Of a DNA stretch of 64,000 bases, positions 26,601-41,600 are shown piece after piece; the first letter of the stretch is position 1; every line of letters begins with the position of its first letter. The notes beneath the pieces are model-generated. The model worked only from the letters and a program-made list of their open reading frames with translations. It had not been told where the DNA came from and did not search any database. Made by a program: the position numbers and the translations under genes. This stretch comes from the human T2T-CHM13v2.0 reference genome, Homo sapiens, in NCBI RefSeq assembly GCF_009914755.1, contig NC_060935.1; one strand, given 5' to 3'.

Positions 26601-29600
26601 CGACTGCTTTGAGGCCTACTGTAGTAAAGGAAATAACTTCATCTAAAAACCAAACGGAAGCATTCACAGACAATTCTTAGTGATCATTGGATTGAACTAA
26701 CAGAGCTGAACATTCCTTTAGATGGAGCAGTTTCCAAACCCACTTTCTGTAGAATCTGCAAGTGGATATTTGGACTTCTCTGAGGATTTCGTTGGAAACG
26801 GGATAAACTTCCCAGAACTACAGGGAAGCATTGTGAGAAACTTCTTTGTGATGTTTGCATTCAACTCACAGAGTTGAACCTTGCTTTCATAGTTCAGCTT
26901 TCAAACACTCTTTTTGTAGAATCTGCAAGTGGATATTTGGACCACTTTGTGGCCTTCCTTCGAAACGGTTATATCTTCACATCAAAACTAGACAGAAGCA
27001 TTCTCAGAATGTTTCCTGTGAAGACTGCATTCAACTCACAGAGATGAACAATCCTGTTGATGGAGCACTTTGGAAGCTCTCTTTCTTTGGATTCTGCCAG
27101 TTGATATGTGGACCTCTGTGAAGATTTCGTTGGAAACGGGTTCATCTTCACAGAAAAACTAAACAGAAGCATTCTCAAAAACTACTTTGTGATATTTGTG
27201 TTCCACTTCAAGAATTGAACTTTCCTCTTGACAGAGCAGCTCTGAAAACCTCTTTTTCTAGAATCTGCAAGTGGACATTTGGAGGGCTTTGAGGTCTGTG
27301 GTGGAAAAGGAAAATCTTCACATAAAAACTAGATGGAAGCATTCTCAGAAACTACTTTGTGATGATTGCATTCGACTCACAGAGTTGAACATTCCTATAG
27401 ATAGAGCAGGTTGTAAACAATCTTTTTGTAGAATCTGCGATTGGAGATTTGGACTGCTTTGAGGCCTACTGTAGTAAAGGAAATAACTTCATCTAAAAAC
27501 CAAACGGAAGCATTCAAAGACAATTCTTAGAGATCATTGGATTGAACTAACACAGCTGAACATTCCTTTAGATGGAGCAGTTTCCAAACACACTTTCTGT
27601 AGAATCTGCCAGTGGATATTTGGACTTCTCTGAGGATTTCGTTGGAAACGGGATAAACTTCCCAGAACTACACGGAAGCATTGTGAGAAACTTCTTTGTG
27701 ATGTTTGCATTCAACTCACAGAGTTGAACCTTGCTTTCATAGTTCAGCTTTCAAACACTCTTTTTGTAGAATCTGCAAGTGGATATTTGGACCACTTTGT
27801 GGCCTTCCTTCGAAACGGGTATATCTTCACATCAAACCTAGACAGAAGCATTCTCAGAATGTTTCCTGTGATGACTGCATTCAACTCACAGAGGTGAACA
27901 ATCCTGCTGATGGAGCAGTTTTGAAACTCTCTTTCTTTGGATTCTGCAAGTGGATATGTGGACCTCTGTGAAGATTTCGTTGGAAATGGGTTCATCTTCA
28001 CAGAAAAACTAAACAGGAGCATTCTCAGAAACTGCTTTGTGATGTTTGTGTTCCACTTCAGGAATTGAACTTTCCTCTTGACAGAGCAGCTCTGAAACCC
28101 TCTTTTTCTAGAATCTGCAAGTGGACATTTGGAGGGCTTTGAGGCCTGTGGTGGAAAAGGAAAATCTTCACATAAAAACTAGATGGAAGCATTCTCAGAA
28201 ACTACTTTGTGATGATTGCATTCGACTCACAGAGTTGAACATTCCTATAGATAGAGCAGGTTGTAAACAATCTTTTTGTAGAATCTGCGATTGGAGATTT
28301 GGACTGCTTTGAGGCCTACTGTAGTAAAGGAAATAACTTCATCTAAAAACCAAACGGAAGCATTCACAGACAATTCTTAGTGATCATTGGATTGAACTAA
28401 CAGAGCTGAACATTCCTTTAGATGGAGCAGTTTCCAAACCCACTTTCTGTAGAATCTGCAAGTGGATATTTGGACTTCTCTGAGGATTTCGTTGGAAACG
28501 GGATAAACTTCCCAGAACTACACGGAAGCATTGTGAGAAACTTCTTTGTGATGTTTGCATTCAACTCACAGAGTTGAACCTTGCTTTCATAGTTCAGCTT
28601 TCAAACACTCTTTTTGTAGAATCTGCAAGTGGATATTTGGACCACTTTGTGGCCTTCCTTCGAAACGGGTATATCTTCACATCAAACCTAGACAGAAGCA
28701 TTCTCAGAATGTTTCCTGTGATGACTGCATTCAACTCACAGAGGTGAACAATCCTATTGATGGAGCACTTTTGAAACTCTCTTTCTTTGGACTCTGCAAG
28801 TTGATATGTGGACCTCTGTGAAGATTTCGTTGGAAACGGGTTCATCTTCACAGAAAAACTAAACAGAAGCATTCTCAGAAACTACTTTGTGATGTTTGTG
28901 TTCCACTTCAAGAATTGAACTTTCCTCTTGACAGAGCAGCTCTGAAACCCTCTTTTTCTAGAATCTGCAAGTGGACATTTGGAGGGCTTTGAGGCCTGTG
29001 GTGGAAAAGGAAAATCTTCACATAAAAACTAGATGGAAGCATTCTCAGAAACTACTTTGTGATGATTGCATTCGTCTCACAGAGTTGAACATTCAAATAG
29101 ATAGAGCAGGTTGTAAACAATCTTTTTGTAGAATCTGCGATTGGAGATTTGGACTGCTTTGAGGCCTACTGTAGTAAAGGAAATAACTTCATCTAAAAAC
29201 CAAACGGAAGCATTCACAGACAATTCTTAGTGATCATTGCATTGAACTAACAGAGCTGAACATTCCTTTAGATGGTGCAGTTTCCAAACACACTTTCTGT
29301 AGAATCTGCAAGTGGATATTTGGACCTCTCTTAGGATTTCGTTGGAAAGCGGATAAACTTCCCAGAACTACACAGAAGCATTCTGAGAAACTTCTTTGTG
29401 ATGTTTGCATTCAACTCACAGAGTTGAACCTTGCTTTCATAGTTCAGCTTTCAAACACTCTTTTTGTAGAATCTGCAAGTGGATATTTGGACCACTTTGT
29501 GGCCTTCCTTCGAAACGGGTATATCTTCACATCAAACCTAGACAGAAGCATTCTCAGAATGTTTCCTGTCATGACTGCATTCAACTCCCTGAGGTGAACA

Positions 29601-32600
29601 ATCCTGCTGATGGAGCAGTTTTGAACCTCTCTTTCTTTGGATTCTGCAAGTGGATATGTGTACCACTGTGAAGATTTCGTTGGAAACGGGTTCATCTTCA
29701 CAGAAAAACTAAACAGAAGCATTCTCAGAAACTGCTTTGTGATGTTTGTGTTCCACTTCAGGAATTGAACTTTCCTCTTTACAGAGCAGCTCTGAAACCC
29801 TCTTTTTCTAGAATCTGCAAGTGGACATTTGGAGGGCTTTGAGGCCTGTGGTGGAAAAGGAAAATCTTCACATAAAAACTTTATGGAAGCATTCTCAGAA
29901 ACTTCTTTGTGATCATTGCATTCGACTCACAGAGTTGAACATTCCTATAGATAGAGCAGGTTGTAAACAATCTTTTTGTAGAATCTGCGATTGGAGATTT
30001 GGACTGCTTTGAGGCCTACTGTAGTAAAGGAAATAACTTCATCTAAAAACCAAACGGAAGCATTCACAGACAATTCTTAGTGATCATTGCATTGAACTAA
30101 CAGAGCTGAACATTCCTTTAGATGGAGCAGTTTCCAAACACACTTTCTGTAGAATCTGCAAGTGGATATTTGGACTTCTCTGAGGATTTCGTTGGAAACG
30201 GGATAAACTTCCCAGAACTACACGGAAGCATTGTGAGAAACTTCTTTGTGATGTTTGCATTCAACTCACAGAGTTGAACCTTGCTTTCATAGTTCAGCTT
30301 TCAAACACTCTTTTTGTAGAATCTGCAAGTGGATATTTGGACCACATTGTGGCCTTCCTTCGAAACGGTTATATCTTCCCATCAAACCTAGACAGAAGCA
30401 TTCTCAGCTTAATGTTTCCTGTGATGACTGCATTCAACTCACAGAGGTGAACAATCCTGTTGATGGAGCACTTTTGAAACTCTCTTTCTTTGGATTCTGC
30501 AAGTAGATATGTGGACCTCTGTGAAGATTTCGTTGGAAACGGGTTCATCTTCACAGAAAAACTAAACAGAAGCATTCTCAGAAACTACTTTGTGATGTTT
30601 GTGTTCCACTTCAAGAATTGAACTTTCCTCTTGACAGAGCAGCTCTGAAACCCTCTTTTTCTAGAATCTGCAAGTGGACATTTGGAGGGCTTTGAGGCCT
30701 GTGGTGGAAAAGGAAAATCTTCACATAAAAACTAGATGGAAGCATTCTCAGAAACTACTTTGTGATGATTGCATTCGACTCACAGAGTTGAACATTCCTA
30801 TAGATAGAGCAGGTTGTAAACAATCTTTTTGTAGAATCTGCGATTGGAGATTTGGACTGCTTTGAGGCCTACTGTAGTAAAGGAAATTACTTCATCTAAA
30901 AACCAAACCGAAGCATTCACAGACAATTCTTAGTGATCATTGCATTGAACTAACAGAGCTGAACATTCCTTTAGATGGAGCAGTTTCCAAACACACTTTC
31001 TGTAGAACCTGCAAGTGGATATTTGGACCTCTCTGAGGATTTCGTTGGAAACGGGATAAACTTCCCAGAACTACACGGAAGCATTGTGAGAAATTTCTTT
31101 GTGATGTTTGCATTCAACTCACAGAGTTGAACCTTGCTTTCATAGTTCAGCTTTCAAACACTCTTTTTGTAGAATCTGCAAGTGGATATTTGGACCACTT
31201 TGTGGCCTTCCTTCGAAACGGGTATATCTTCACATCAAACCTAGACAGAAGCATTCTCAGAATGTTTCCTGTGATGACTGCATTCAACTCACAGAGGTGA
31301 ACAATCCTGCTGATGGAGCAGTTTTGAAACTCTCTTTCTTTGGATTCTGCAAGTGGATATGGGGACCTCTGTGAAGATTTCGTTGGAAACGGGTTCATCT
31401 TCACAGAAAAACTAAACAGAAACATTCTCACAAACTACTTTGTGATGTTTGTGTTCCACTTCAGGAATTGAACTTTCCTCTTGACAGAGCAGCTCTGAAA
31501 CCCTCTTATTCTATAATCTGCAAGTGGACATTTGGAGGGCTTTGAGGCCTGTGGTGGAAAAGGAAAATCTTCACATAAAAACTAGATGGAAGCATTCTCA
31601 GAAACTACTTTGTGATGATTGCATTCGACTCACAGAGTTGAACATTCCTATAGATAGAGCAGGTTGTAAACAATCTTTTTGTAGAATCTGCGATTGGAGA
31701 TTTGGACTGCTTTGAGGCCTACTGTAGTAAAGGAAATAACTTCATCTAAAAACCAAACGGAAGCATTCACAGACAATTCTTAGTGATCATTGGATTGAAC
31801 TAACAGAGCTGAACATTCCTTTAGATGGAGCAGTTTCCAAACCCACTTTCTGTAGAATCTGCAAGTGGATATTTGGACTTCTCTGAGGATTTCGTTGGAA
31901 ACGGGATAAACTTCCCAGAACTACAGGGAAGCATTGTGAGAAACTTCTTTGTGATGTTTGCATTCAACTCACAGAGTTGAACCTTGCTTTCATAGTTCAG
32001 CTTTCAAACACTCTTTTTGTAGAATCTGCAAGTGGATATTTGGACCACTTTGTGGCCTTCCTTCGAAACGGGTATATCTTCACATCAAACCTAGACAGAA
32101 GCATTCTCAGAATGTTTCCTGTCATGACTGCATTCAACTCCCTGAGGTGAACAATCCTGCTGATGGAGCAGTTTTGAACCTCTCTTTCTTTGGATTCTGC
32201 AAGTGGATATGTGTACCACTGTGAAGATTTCGTTGGAAACGGGTTCATCTTCACAGAAAAACTAAACAGAAGCATTCTCAGAAACTGCTTTGTGATGTTT
32301 GTGTTCCACTTCAGGAATTGAACTTTCCTCTTTACAGAGCAGCTCTGAAACCCTCTTTTTCTAGAATCTGCAAGTGGACATTTGGAGGGCTTTGAGGCCT
32401 GTGGTGGAAAAGGAAAATCTTCACATAAAAACTTTATGGAAGCATTCTCAGAAACTTCTTTGTGATCATTGCATTCGACTCACAGAGTTGAACATTCCTA
32501 TAGATAGAGCAGGTTGTAAACAATCTTTTTGTAGAATCTGCGATTGGAGATTTGGACTGCTTTGAGGCCTACTGTAGTAAAGGAAATAACTTCATCTAAA

Positions 32601-35600
32601 AACCAAACGGAAGCATTCACAGACAATTCTTAGTGATCATTGCATTGAACTAACAGAGCTGAACATTCCTTTAGATGGAGCAGTTTCCAAACACACTTTC
32701 TGTAGAATCTGCAAGTGGATATTTGGACTTCTCTGAGGATTTCGTTGGAAACGGGATAAACTTCCCAGAACTACACGGAAGCATTGTGAGAAACTTCTTT
32801 GTGATGTTTGCATTCAACTCACAGAGTTGAACCTTGCTTTCATAGTTCAGCTTTCAAACACTCTTTTTGTAGAATCTGCAAGTGGATATTTGGACCACAT
32901 TGTGGCCTTCCTTCGAAACGGTTATATCTTCCCATCAAACCTAGACAGAAGCATTCTCAGAATGTTTCCTGTGATGACTGCATTCAACTCACAGAGGTGA
33001 ACAATCCTGTTGATGGAGCACTTTTGAAACTCTCTTTCTTTGGATTCTGCAAGTAGATATGTGGACCTCTGTGAAGATTTCGTTGGAAACGGGTTCATCT
33101 TCACAGAAAAACTAAACAGAAGCATTCTCAGAAACTACTTTGTGATGTTTGTGTTCCACTTCAAGAATTGAACTTTCCTCTTGACAGAGCAGCTCTGAAA
33201 CCCTCTTTTTCTAGAATCTGCAAGTGGACATTTGGAGGGCTTTGAGGCCTGTGGTGGAAAAGGAAAATCTTCACATAAAAACTAGATGGAAGCATTCTCA
33301 GAAACTACTTTGTGATGATTGCATTCGACTCACAAAGTTGAACATTCCTATAGATAGAGCAGGTTGTAAACAATCTTTTTGTAGAATCTGCGATTGGAGA
33401 TTTGGACTGCTTTGAGGCCTACTGTAGTAATGGAAATTACTTCATCAAAAAACCAAACGGAAGCATTCACAGACAATTCTTAGTGATCATTGGATTGAAC
33501 TAACAGAGCTGAACATTCCTTTAGATGGAGCAGTTTCCAAACACACTTTCTGTAGAACCTGCAAGTGGATATTTGGACCTCTCTGAGGATTTCGTTGGAA
33601 ACGGGATAAACTTCCCAGAACTACACGGAAGCATTGTGAGAAACTTCTTTGTGATGTTTGCATTCAACTCACAGAGTTGAACCTTGCTTTCATAGTTCAG
33701 CTTTCAAACACTCTTTTTGTAGAATCTGCAAGTGGATATTTGGACCACTTTGTGGCCTTCCTTCGAAACGGGTATATCTTCACATCAAACCTAGACAGAA
33801 GCATTCTCAGAATGTTTCCTGTGACGACTGCATTCAACTCACAGAGGTGAACAATCCTATTGATGGAGCACTTTTGAAACTCTCTTTCTTTGGATTCTGC
33901 AAGTTGATATGTGGACCTCTGTGAAGATTTCGTTGGAAACGGGTTCATCTTCACAGAAAAACTAAACAGAAGCATTCTCAGAAACTACTTTGTGATGTTT
34001 GTGTTCCACTTCAAGAATTGAACTTTCCTCTTGACAGAGCAGCTCTGAAACCCTCTTTTTCTAGAATCTGCAAGTGGACATTTGGAGGGCTTTGAGGCCT
34101 GTGGTGGAAAAGGAAAATCTTCACATAAAAACTAGATGGAAGCATTCTCAGAAACTACTTTGTGATGATTGCATTCGTCTCACAGAGTTGAACATTCAAA
34201 TAGATAGAGCAGGTTGTAAACAATCTTTTTGTAGAATCTGCGATTGGAGATTTGGACTGCTTTGAGGCCTACTGTAGTAAAGGAAATAACTTCATCTAAA
34301 AACCAAACGGAAGCATTCACAGACAATTCTTAGTGATCATTGCATTGAACTAACAGAGCTGAACATTCCTTTAGATGGTGCAGTTTCCAAACACACTTTC
34401 TGTAGAATCTGCAAGTGGATATTTGGACCTCTCTGAGGATTTCGTTGGAAACCAGATAAACTTCCCAGAACTACACAGAAGCATTCTGAGAAACTTCTTT
34501 GTGATGTTTGCATTCAACTCACAGAGTTGAACCTTGCTTTCATAGTTCAGCTTTCAAACACTCTTTTTGTAGAATCTGCAAGTGGATATTTGGACCACTT
34601 TGTGGCCTTCCTTCGAAACGGGTATATCTTCACATCAAACCTAGACAGAAGCATTCTCAGAATGTTTCCTGTCATGACTGCATTCAACTCCCTGAGGTGA
34701 ACAATCCTGCTGATGGAGCAGTTTTGAACCTCTCTTTCTTTGGATTCTGCAAGTGGATATGTGTACCACTGTGAAGATTTCGTTGGAAACGGGTTCATCT
34801 TCACAGAAAAACTAAACAGAAGCATTCTCAGAAACTGCTTTGTGATGTTTGTGTTCCACTTCAGGAATTGAACTTTCCTCTTTACAGAGCAGCTCTGAAA
34901 CCCTCTTTTTCTAGAATCTGCAAGTGGACATTTGGACGGCTTTGAGGCCTGTGGTGGAAAAGGAAAATCTTCACATAAAAACTTTATGGAAGCATTCTCA
35001 GAAACTTCTTTGTGATGATTGCATTCGACTCACAGAGTTGAACATTCCTATAGATAGAGCAGGTTGTAAACAATCTTTTTGTAGAATCTGCGATTGGAGA
35101 TTTGGACTGCTTTGAGGCCTACTGTAGTAAAGGAAATAACTTCATCTAAAAACCAAACGGAAGCATTCACAGACAATACTTAGTGATCATTGCATTGAAC
35201 TAACAGAGCTGAACATTCCTTTAGATGGCGCAGTTTCCAAACACACTTTCTGTAGAATCTGCAAGTGGATATTTGGACCTCTCTGAGGATTTCGTTGGAA
35301 ACGGGATAAACTTCCCAGAACTACACGGAAGCATGCTGAGAAACTTCTTTGTGATGTTTGCATTCAACTCACAGAGTTGAACCTTGCTTTCATAGTTCAG
35401 CTTTCAAACACTCTTTTTGTAGAATCTGCAAGTGGATATTTGGACCTCTTTGTGGCCTTCCTTCGAAACGGGTATATCTTCACATCAAACCTAGACAGAA
35501 GCATTCTCAGAATGTTTCCTGTGATGACTGCATTCAACTCACAGAGGTGAACAATCCTGCTGATGGAGCAGTTTTGAAACTCTCTTTCTTTGGATTCTGC

Positions 35601-38600
35601 AAGTGGATATGTGGACCTCTGTGAAGATTTCGTTGGAAACGGGTTCATCTTCACAGAAAAACTAAACAGAAGCATTCTCAGAAACTGCTTTGTGATGTTT
35701 GTGTTCCACTTCAGGAATTGAACTTTCCTCCTGACAGAGCAGCTCTGACACCCTCTTATTCTAGAATCTGCAAGTGGACATTTGGAGGGCTTTGAGGCCT
35801 GTGGTGGAAAAGGAAAATCTTCACATAAAAACTAGATGGAAGCATTCTCAGAAACTACTTTGTGATGATTGCATTCGACTCACAGAGTTGAGCATTCCTA
35901 TAGATAGAGCAGGTTGTAAACAATCTTTTTGTAGAATCTGCGATTGGAGATTTGGACTGCTTTGAGGCCTACTGTAGTAAAGGAAATAACTTCATCTAAA
36001 AACCAAACGGAAGCATTCACAGACAATTCTTAGTGATCATTGCATTGAACTAACAGAGCTGAACATTCCTTTAGATGGAGCAGTTTCCAAACACACTTTC
36101 TGTAGAACCTGCAAGTGGATATTTGGACCTCTCTGAGGATTTCGTTGGAAACGGGATAAACTTCCCAGAACTACACGGAAGCATTGTGAGAAACTTCTTT
36201 GTGATGTTTGCATTCAACTCACAGAGTTGAACCTTGCTTTCATAGTTCAGCTTTCAAACACTCTTTTTGTAGAATCTGCAAGTGGATATTTGGACCACTT
36301 TGTGGCCTTCCTTCGAAACGGGTATATCTTCACATCAAACCTAGACAGAAGCATTCTCAGAATGTTTCCTGTGATGACTGCATTCAACTCACAGAGGTGA
36401 ACAATCCTGCTGATGGAGCAGTTTTGAAACTCTCTTTCTTTGGATTCTGCAAGTGGATATGTGGACCTCTGTGAAGATTTCGTTGGAAACGGGTTCATCT
36501 TCACAGAAAAACTAAACAGGAGCATTCTCAGAAACTGCTTTGTGATGTTTGTGTTCCACTTCAAGAATTGAACTTTCCTCTTGACAGAGCAGCTCTGAAA
36601 CCCTATTTTTCTAGAATCTGCAAGTGGACATTTGGAGGGCTTTGAGGCCTGTGGTGGAAAAGGAAAATCTTCACATAAAAACTAGATGGAAGCATTCTCA
36701 GAAACTACTTTGTGATGATTGCATTCGACTCACAGAGTTGAACATTCCTATAGATAGAGCAGGTTGTAAACAATCTTTTTGTAGAATCTGCGATTGGAGA
36801 TTTCGACTGCTTTGAGGCCTACTGTAGTAAAGGAAATAACTTCATCTAAAAACCAAACGGAAGCATTCACAGACAATTCTTAGTGATCATTGGATTGAAC
36901 TAACAGAGCTGAACATTCCTTTAGATGGAGCAGTTTCCAAACCCACTTTCTGTAGAATCTGCAAGTGGATATTTGGACTTCTCTGAGGATTTCGTTGGAA
37001 ACGGGATAAACTTCCCAGAACTACAGGGAAGCATTGTGAGAAACTTCTTTGTGATGTTTGCATTCAACTCACAGAGTTGAACCTTGCTTTCATAGTTCAG
37101 CTTTCAAACACTCTTTTTGTAGAATCTGCAAGTGGATATTTGGACCAATTTGTGGCCTTCCTTCGAAACGGTTATATCTTCACATCAAAACTAGACAGAA
37201 GCATTCTCAGAATGTTTCCTGTGAAGACTGCATTCAACTCACAGAGATGAACAATCCTGTTGATGGAGCACTTTGGAAGCTCTCTTTCTTTGGATTCTGC
37301 CAGTTGATATGTGGACCTCTGTGAAGATTTCGTTGGAAACGGGTTCATCTTCACAGAAAAACTAAACAGAAGCATTCTCAAAAACTACTTTGTGATATTT
37401 GTGTTCCACTTCAAGAATTGAACTTTCCTCTTGACAGAGCAGCTCTGAAAACCTCTTTTTCTAGAATCTGCAAGTGGACATTTGGAGGGCTTTGAGGTCT
37501 GTGGTGGAAAAGGAAAATCTTCACATAAAAACTAGATGGAAGCATTCTCAGAAACTACTTTGTGATGATTGCATTCGACTCACAGAGTTGAACATTCCTA
37601 TAGATAGAGCAGGTTGTAAACAATCTTTTTGTAGAATCTGCGATTGGAGATTTGGACTGCTTTGAGGCCTACTGTAGTAAAGGAAATAACTTCATCTAAA
37701 AACCAAACGGAAGCATTCAAAGACAATTCTTAGAGATCATTGGATTGAACTAACACAGCTGAACATTCCTTTAGATGGAGCAGTTTCCAAACACACTTTC
37801 TGTAGAATCTGCCAGTGGATATTTGGACTTCTCTGAGGATTTCGTTGGAAACGGGATAAACTTCCCAGAACTACACGGAAGCATTGTGAGAAACTTCTTT
37901 GTGATGTTTGCATTCAACTCACAGAGTTGAACCTTGCTTTCATAGTTCAGCTTTCAAACACTCTTTTTGTAGAATCTGCAAGTGGATATTTGGACCACTT
38001 TGTGGCCTTCCTTCGAAACGGGTATATCTTCACATCAAACCTAGACAGAAGCATTCTCAGAATGTTTCCTGTGATGACTGCATTCAACTCACAGAGGTGA
38101 ACAATCCTGCTGATGGAGCAGTTTTGAAACTCTCTTTCTTTGGATTCTGCAAGTGGATATGTGGACCTCTGTGAAGATTTCGTTGGAAATGGGTTCATCT
38201 TCACAGAAAAACTAAACAGGAGCATTCTCAGAAACTGCTTTGTGATGTTTGTGTTCCACTTCAGGAATTGAACTTTCCTCTTGACAGAGCAGCTCTGAAA
38301 CCCTCTTTTTCTAGAATCTGCAAGTGGACATTTGGAGGGCTTTGAGGCCTGTGGTGGAAAAGGAAAATCTTCACATAAAAACTAGATGGAAGCATTCTCA
38401 GAAACTACTTTGTGATGATTGCATTCGACTCACAGAGTTGAACATTCCTATAGATAGAGCAGGTTGTAAACAATCTTTTTGTAGAATCTGCGATTGGAGA
38501 TTTGGACTGCTTTGAGGCCTACTGTAGTAAAGGAAATAACTTCATCTAAAAACCAAACGGAAGCATTCACAGACAATTCTTAGTGATCATTGGATTGAAC

Positions 38601-41600
38601 TAACAGAGCTGAACATTCCTTTAGATGGAGCAGTTTCCAAACCCACTTTCTGTAGAATCTGCAAGTGGATATTTGGACTTCTCTGAGGATTTCGTTGGAA
38701 ACGGGATAAACTTCCCAGAACTACACGGAAGCATTGTGAGAAACTTCTTTGTGATGTTTGCATTCAACTCACAGAGTTGAACCTTGCTTTCATAGTTCAG
38801 CTTTCAAACACTCTTTTTGTAGAATCTGCAAGTGGATATTTGGACCACTTTGTGGCCTTCCTTCGAAACGGGTATATCTTCACATCAAACCTAGACAGAA
38901 GCATTCTCAGAATGTTTCCTGTGATGACTGCATTCAACTCACAGAGGTGAACAATCCTATTGATGGAGCACTTTTGAAACTCTCTTTCTTTGGACTCTGC
39001 AAGTTGATATGTGGACCTCTGTGAAGATTTCGTTGGAAACGGGTTCATCTTCACAGAAAAACTAAACAGAAGCATTCTCAGAAACTACTTTGTGATGTTT
39101 GTGTTCCACTTCAAGAATTGAACTTTCCTCTTGACAGAGCAGCTCTGAAACCCTCTTTTTCTAGAATCTGCAAGTGGACATTTGGAGGGCTTTGAGGCCT
39201 GTGGTGGAAAAGGAAAATCTTCACATAAAAACTAGATGGAAGCATTCTCAGAAACTACTTTGTGATGATTGCATTCGTCTCACAGAGTTGAACATTCAAA
39301 TAGATAGAGCAGGTTGTAAACAATCTTTTTGTAGAATCTGCGATTGGAGATTTGGACTGCTTTGAGGCCTACTGTAGTAAAGGAAATAACTTCATCTAAA
39401 AACCAAACGGAAGCATTCACAGACAATTCTTAGTGATCATTGCATTGAACTAACAGAGCTGAACATTCCTTTAGATGGTGCAGTTTCCAAACACACTTTC
39501 TGTAGAATCTGCAAGTGGATATTTGGACCTCTCTTAGGATTTCGTTGGAAAGCGGATAAACTTCCCAGAACTACACAGAAGCATTCTGAGAAACTTCTTT
39601 GTGATGTTTGCATTCAACTCACAGAGTTGAACCTTGCTTTCATAGTTCAGCTTTCAAACACTCTTTTTGTAGAATCTGCAAGTGGATATTTGGACCACTT
39701 TGTGGCCTTCCTTCGAAACGGGTATATCTTCACATCAAACCTAGACAGAAGCATTCTCAGAATGTTTCCTGTCATGACTGCATTCAACTCCCTGAGGTGA
39801 ACAATCCTGCTGATGGAGCAGTTTTGAACCTCTCTTTCTTTGGATTCTGCAAGTGGATATGTGTACCACTGTGAAGATTTCGTTGGAAACGGGTTCATCT
39901 TCACAGAAAAACTAAACAGAAGCATTCTCAGAAACTGCTTTGTGATGTTTGTGTTCCACTTCAGGAATTGAACTTTCCTCTTTACAGAGCAGCTCTGAAA
40001 CCCTCTTTTTCTAGAATCTGCAAGTGGACATTTGGAGGGCTTTGAGGCCTGTGGTGGAAAAGGAAAATCTTCACATAAAAACTTTATGGAAGCATTCTCA
40101 GAAACTTCTTTGTGATCATTGCATTCGACTCACAGAGTTGAACATTCCTATAGATAGAGCAGGTTGTAAACAATCTTTTTGTAGAATCTGCGATTGGAGA
40201 TTTGGACTGCTTTGAGGCCTACTGTAGTAAAGGAAATAACTTCATCTAAAAACCAAACGGAAGCATTCACAGACAATTCTTAGTGATCATTGCATTGAAC
40301 TAACAGAGCTGAACATTCCTTTAGATGGAGCAGTTTCCAAACACACTTTCTGTAGAATCTGCAAGTGGATATTTGGACTTCTCTGAGGATTTCGTTGGAA
40401 ACGGGATAAACTTCCCAGAACTACACGGAAGCATTGTGAGAAACTTCTTTGTGATGTTTGCATTCAACTCACAGAGTTGAACCTTGCTTTCATAGTTCAG
40501 CTTTCAAACACTCTTTTTGTAGAATCTGCAAGTGGATATTTGGACCACATTGTGGCCTTCCTTCGAAACGGTTATATCTTCCCATCAAACCTAGACAGAA
40601 GCATTCTCAGCTTAATGTTTCCTGTGATGACTGCATTCAACTCACAGAGGTGAACAATCCTGTTGATGGAGCACTTTTGAAACTCTCTTTCTTTGGATTC
40701 TGCAAGTAGATATGTGGACCTCTGTGAAGATTTCGTTGGAAACGGGTTCATCTTCACAGAAAAACTAAACAGAAGCATTCTCAGAAACTACTTTGTGATG
40801 TTTGTGTTCCACTTCAAGAATTGAACTTTCCTCTTGACAGAGCAGCTCTGAAACCCTCTTTTTCTAGAATCTGCAAGTGGACATTTGGAGGGCTTTGAGG
40901 CCTGTGGTGGAAAAGGAAAATCTTCACATAAAAACTAGATGGAAGCATTCTCAGAAACTACTTTGTGATGATTGCATTCGACTCACAGAGTTGAACATTC
41001 CTATAGATAGAGCAGGTTGTAAACAATCTTTTTGTAGAATCTGCGATTGGAGATTTGGACTGCTTTGAGGCCTACTGTAGTAATGGAAATTACTTCATCT
41101 AAAAACCAAACCGAAGCATTCACAGACAATTCTTAGTGATCATTGCATTGAACTAACAGAGCTGAACATTCCTTTAGATGGAGCAGTTTCCAAACACACT
41201 TTCTGTAGAACCTGCAAGTGGATATTTGGACCTCTCTGAGGATTTCGTTGGAAACGGGATAAACTTCCCAGAACTACACGGAAGCATTGTGAGAAATTTC
41301 TTTGTGATGTTTGCATTCAACTCACAGAGTTGAACCTTGCTTTCATAGTTCAGCTTTCAAACACTCTTTTTGTAGAATCTGCAAGTGGATATTTGGACCA
41401 CTTTGTGGCCTTCCTTCGAAACGGGTATATCTTCACATCAAACCTAGACAGAAGCATTCTCAGAATGTTTCCTGTGATGACTGCATTCAACTCACAGAGG
41501 TGAACAATCCTGCTGATGGAGCAGTTTTGAAACTCTCTTTCTTTGGATTCTGCAAGTGGATATGGGGACCTCTGTGAAGATTTCGTTGGAAACGGGTTCA

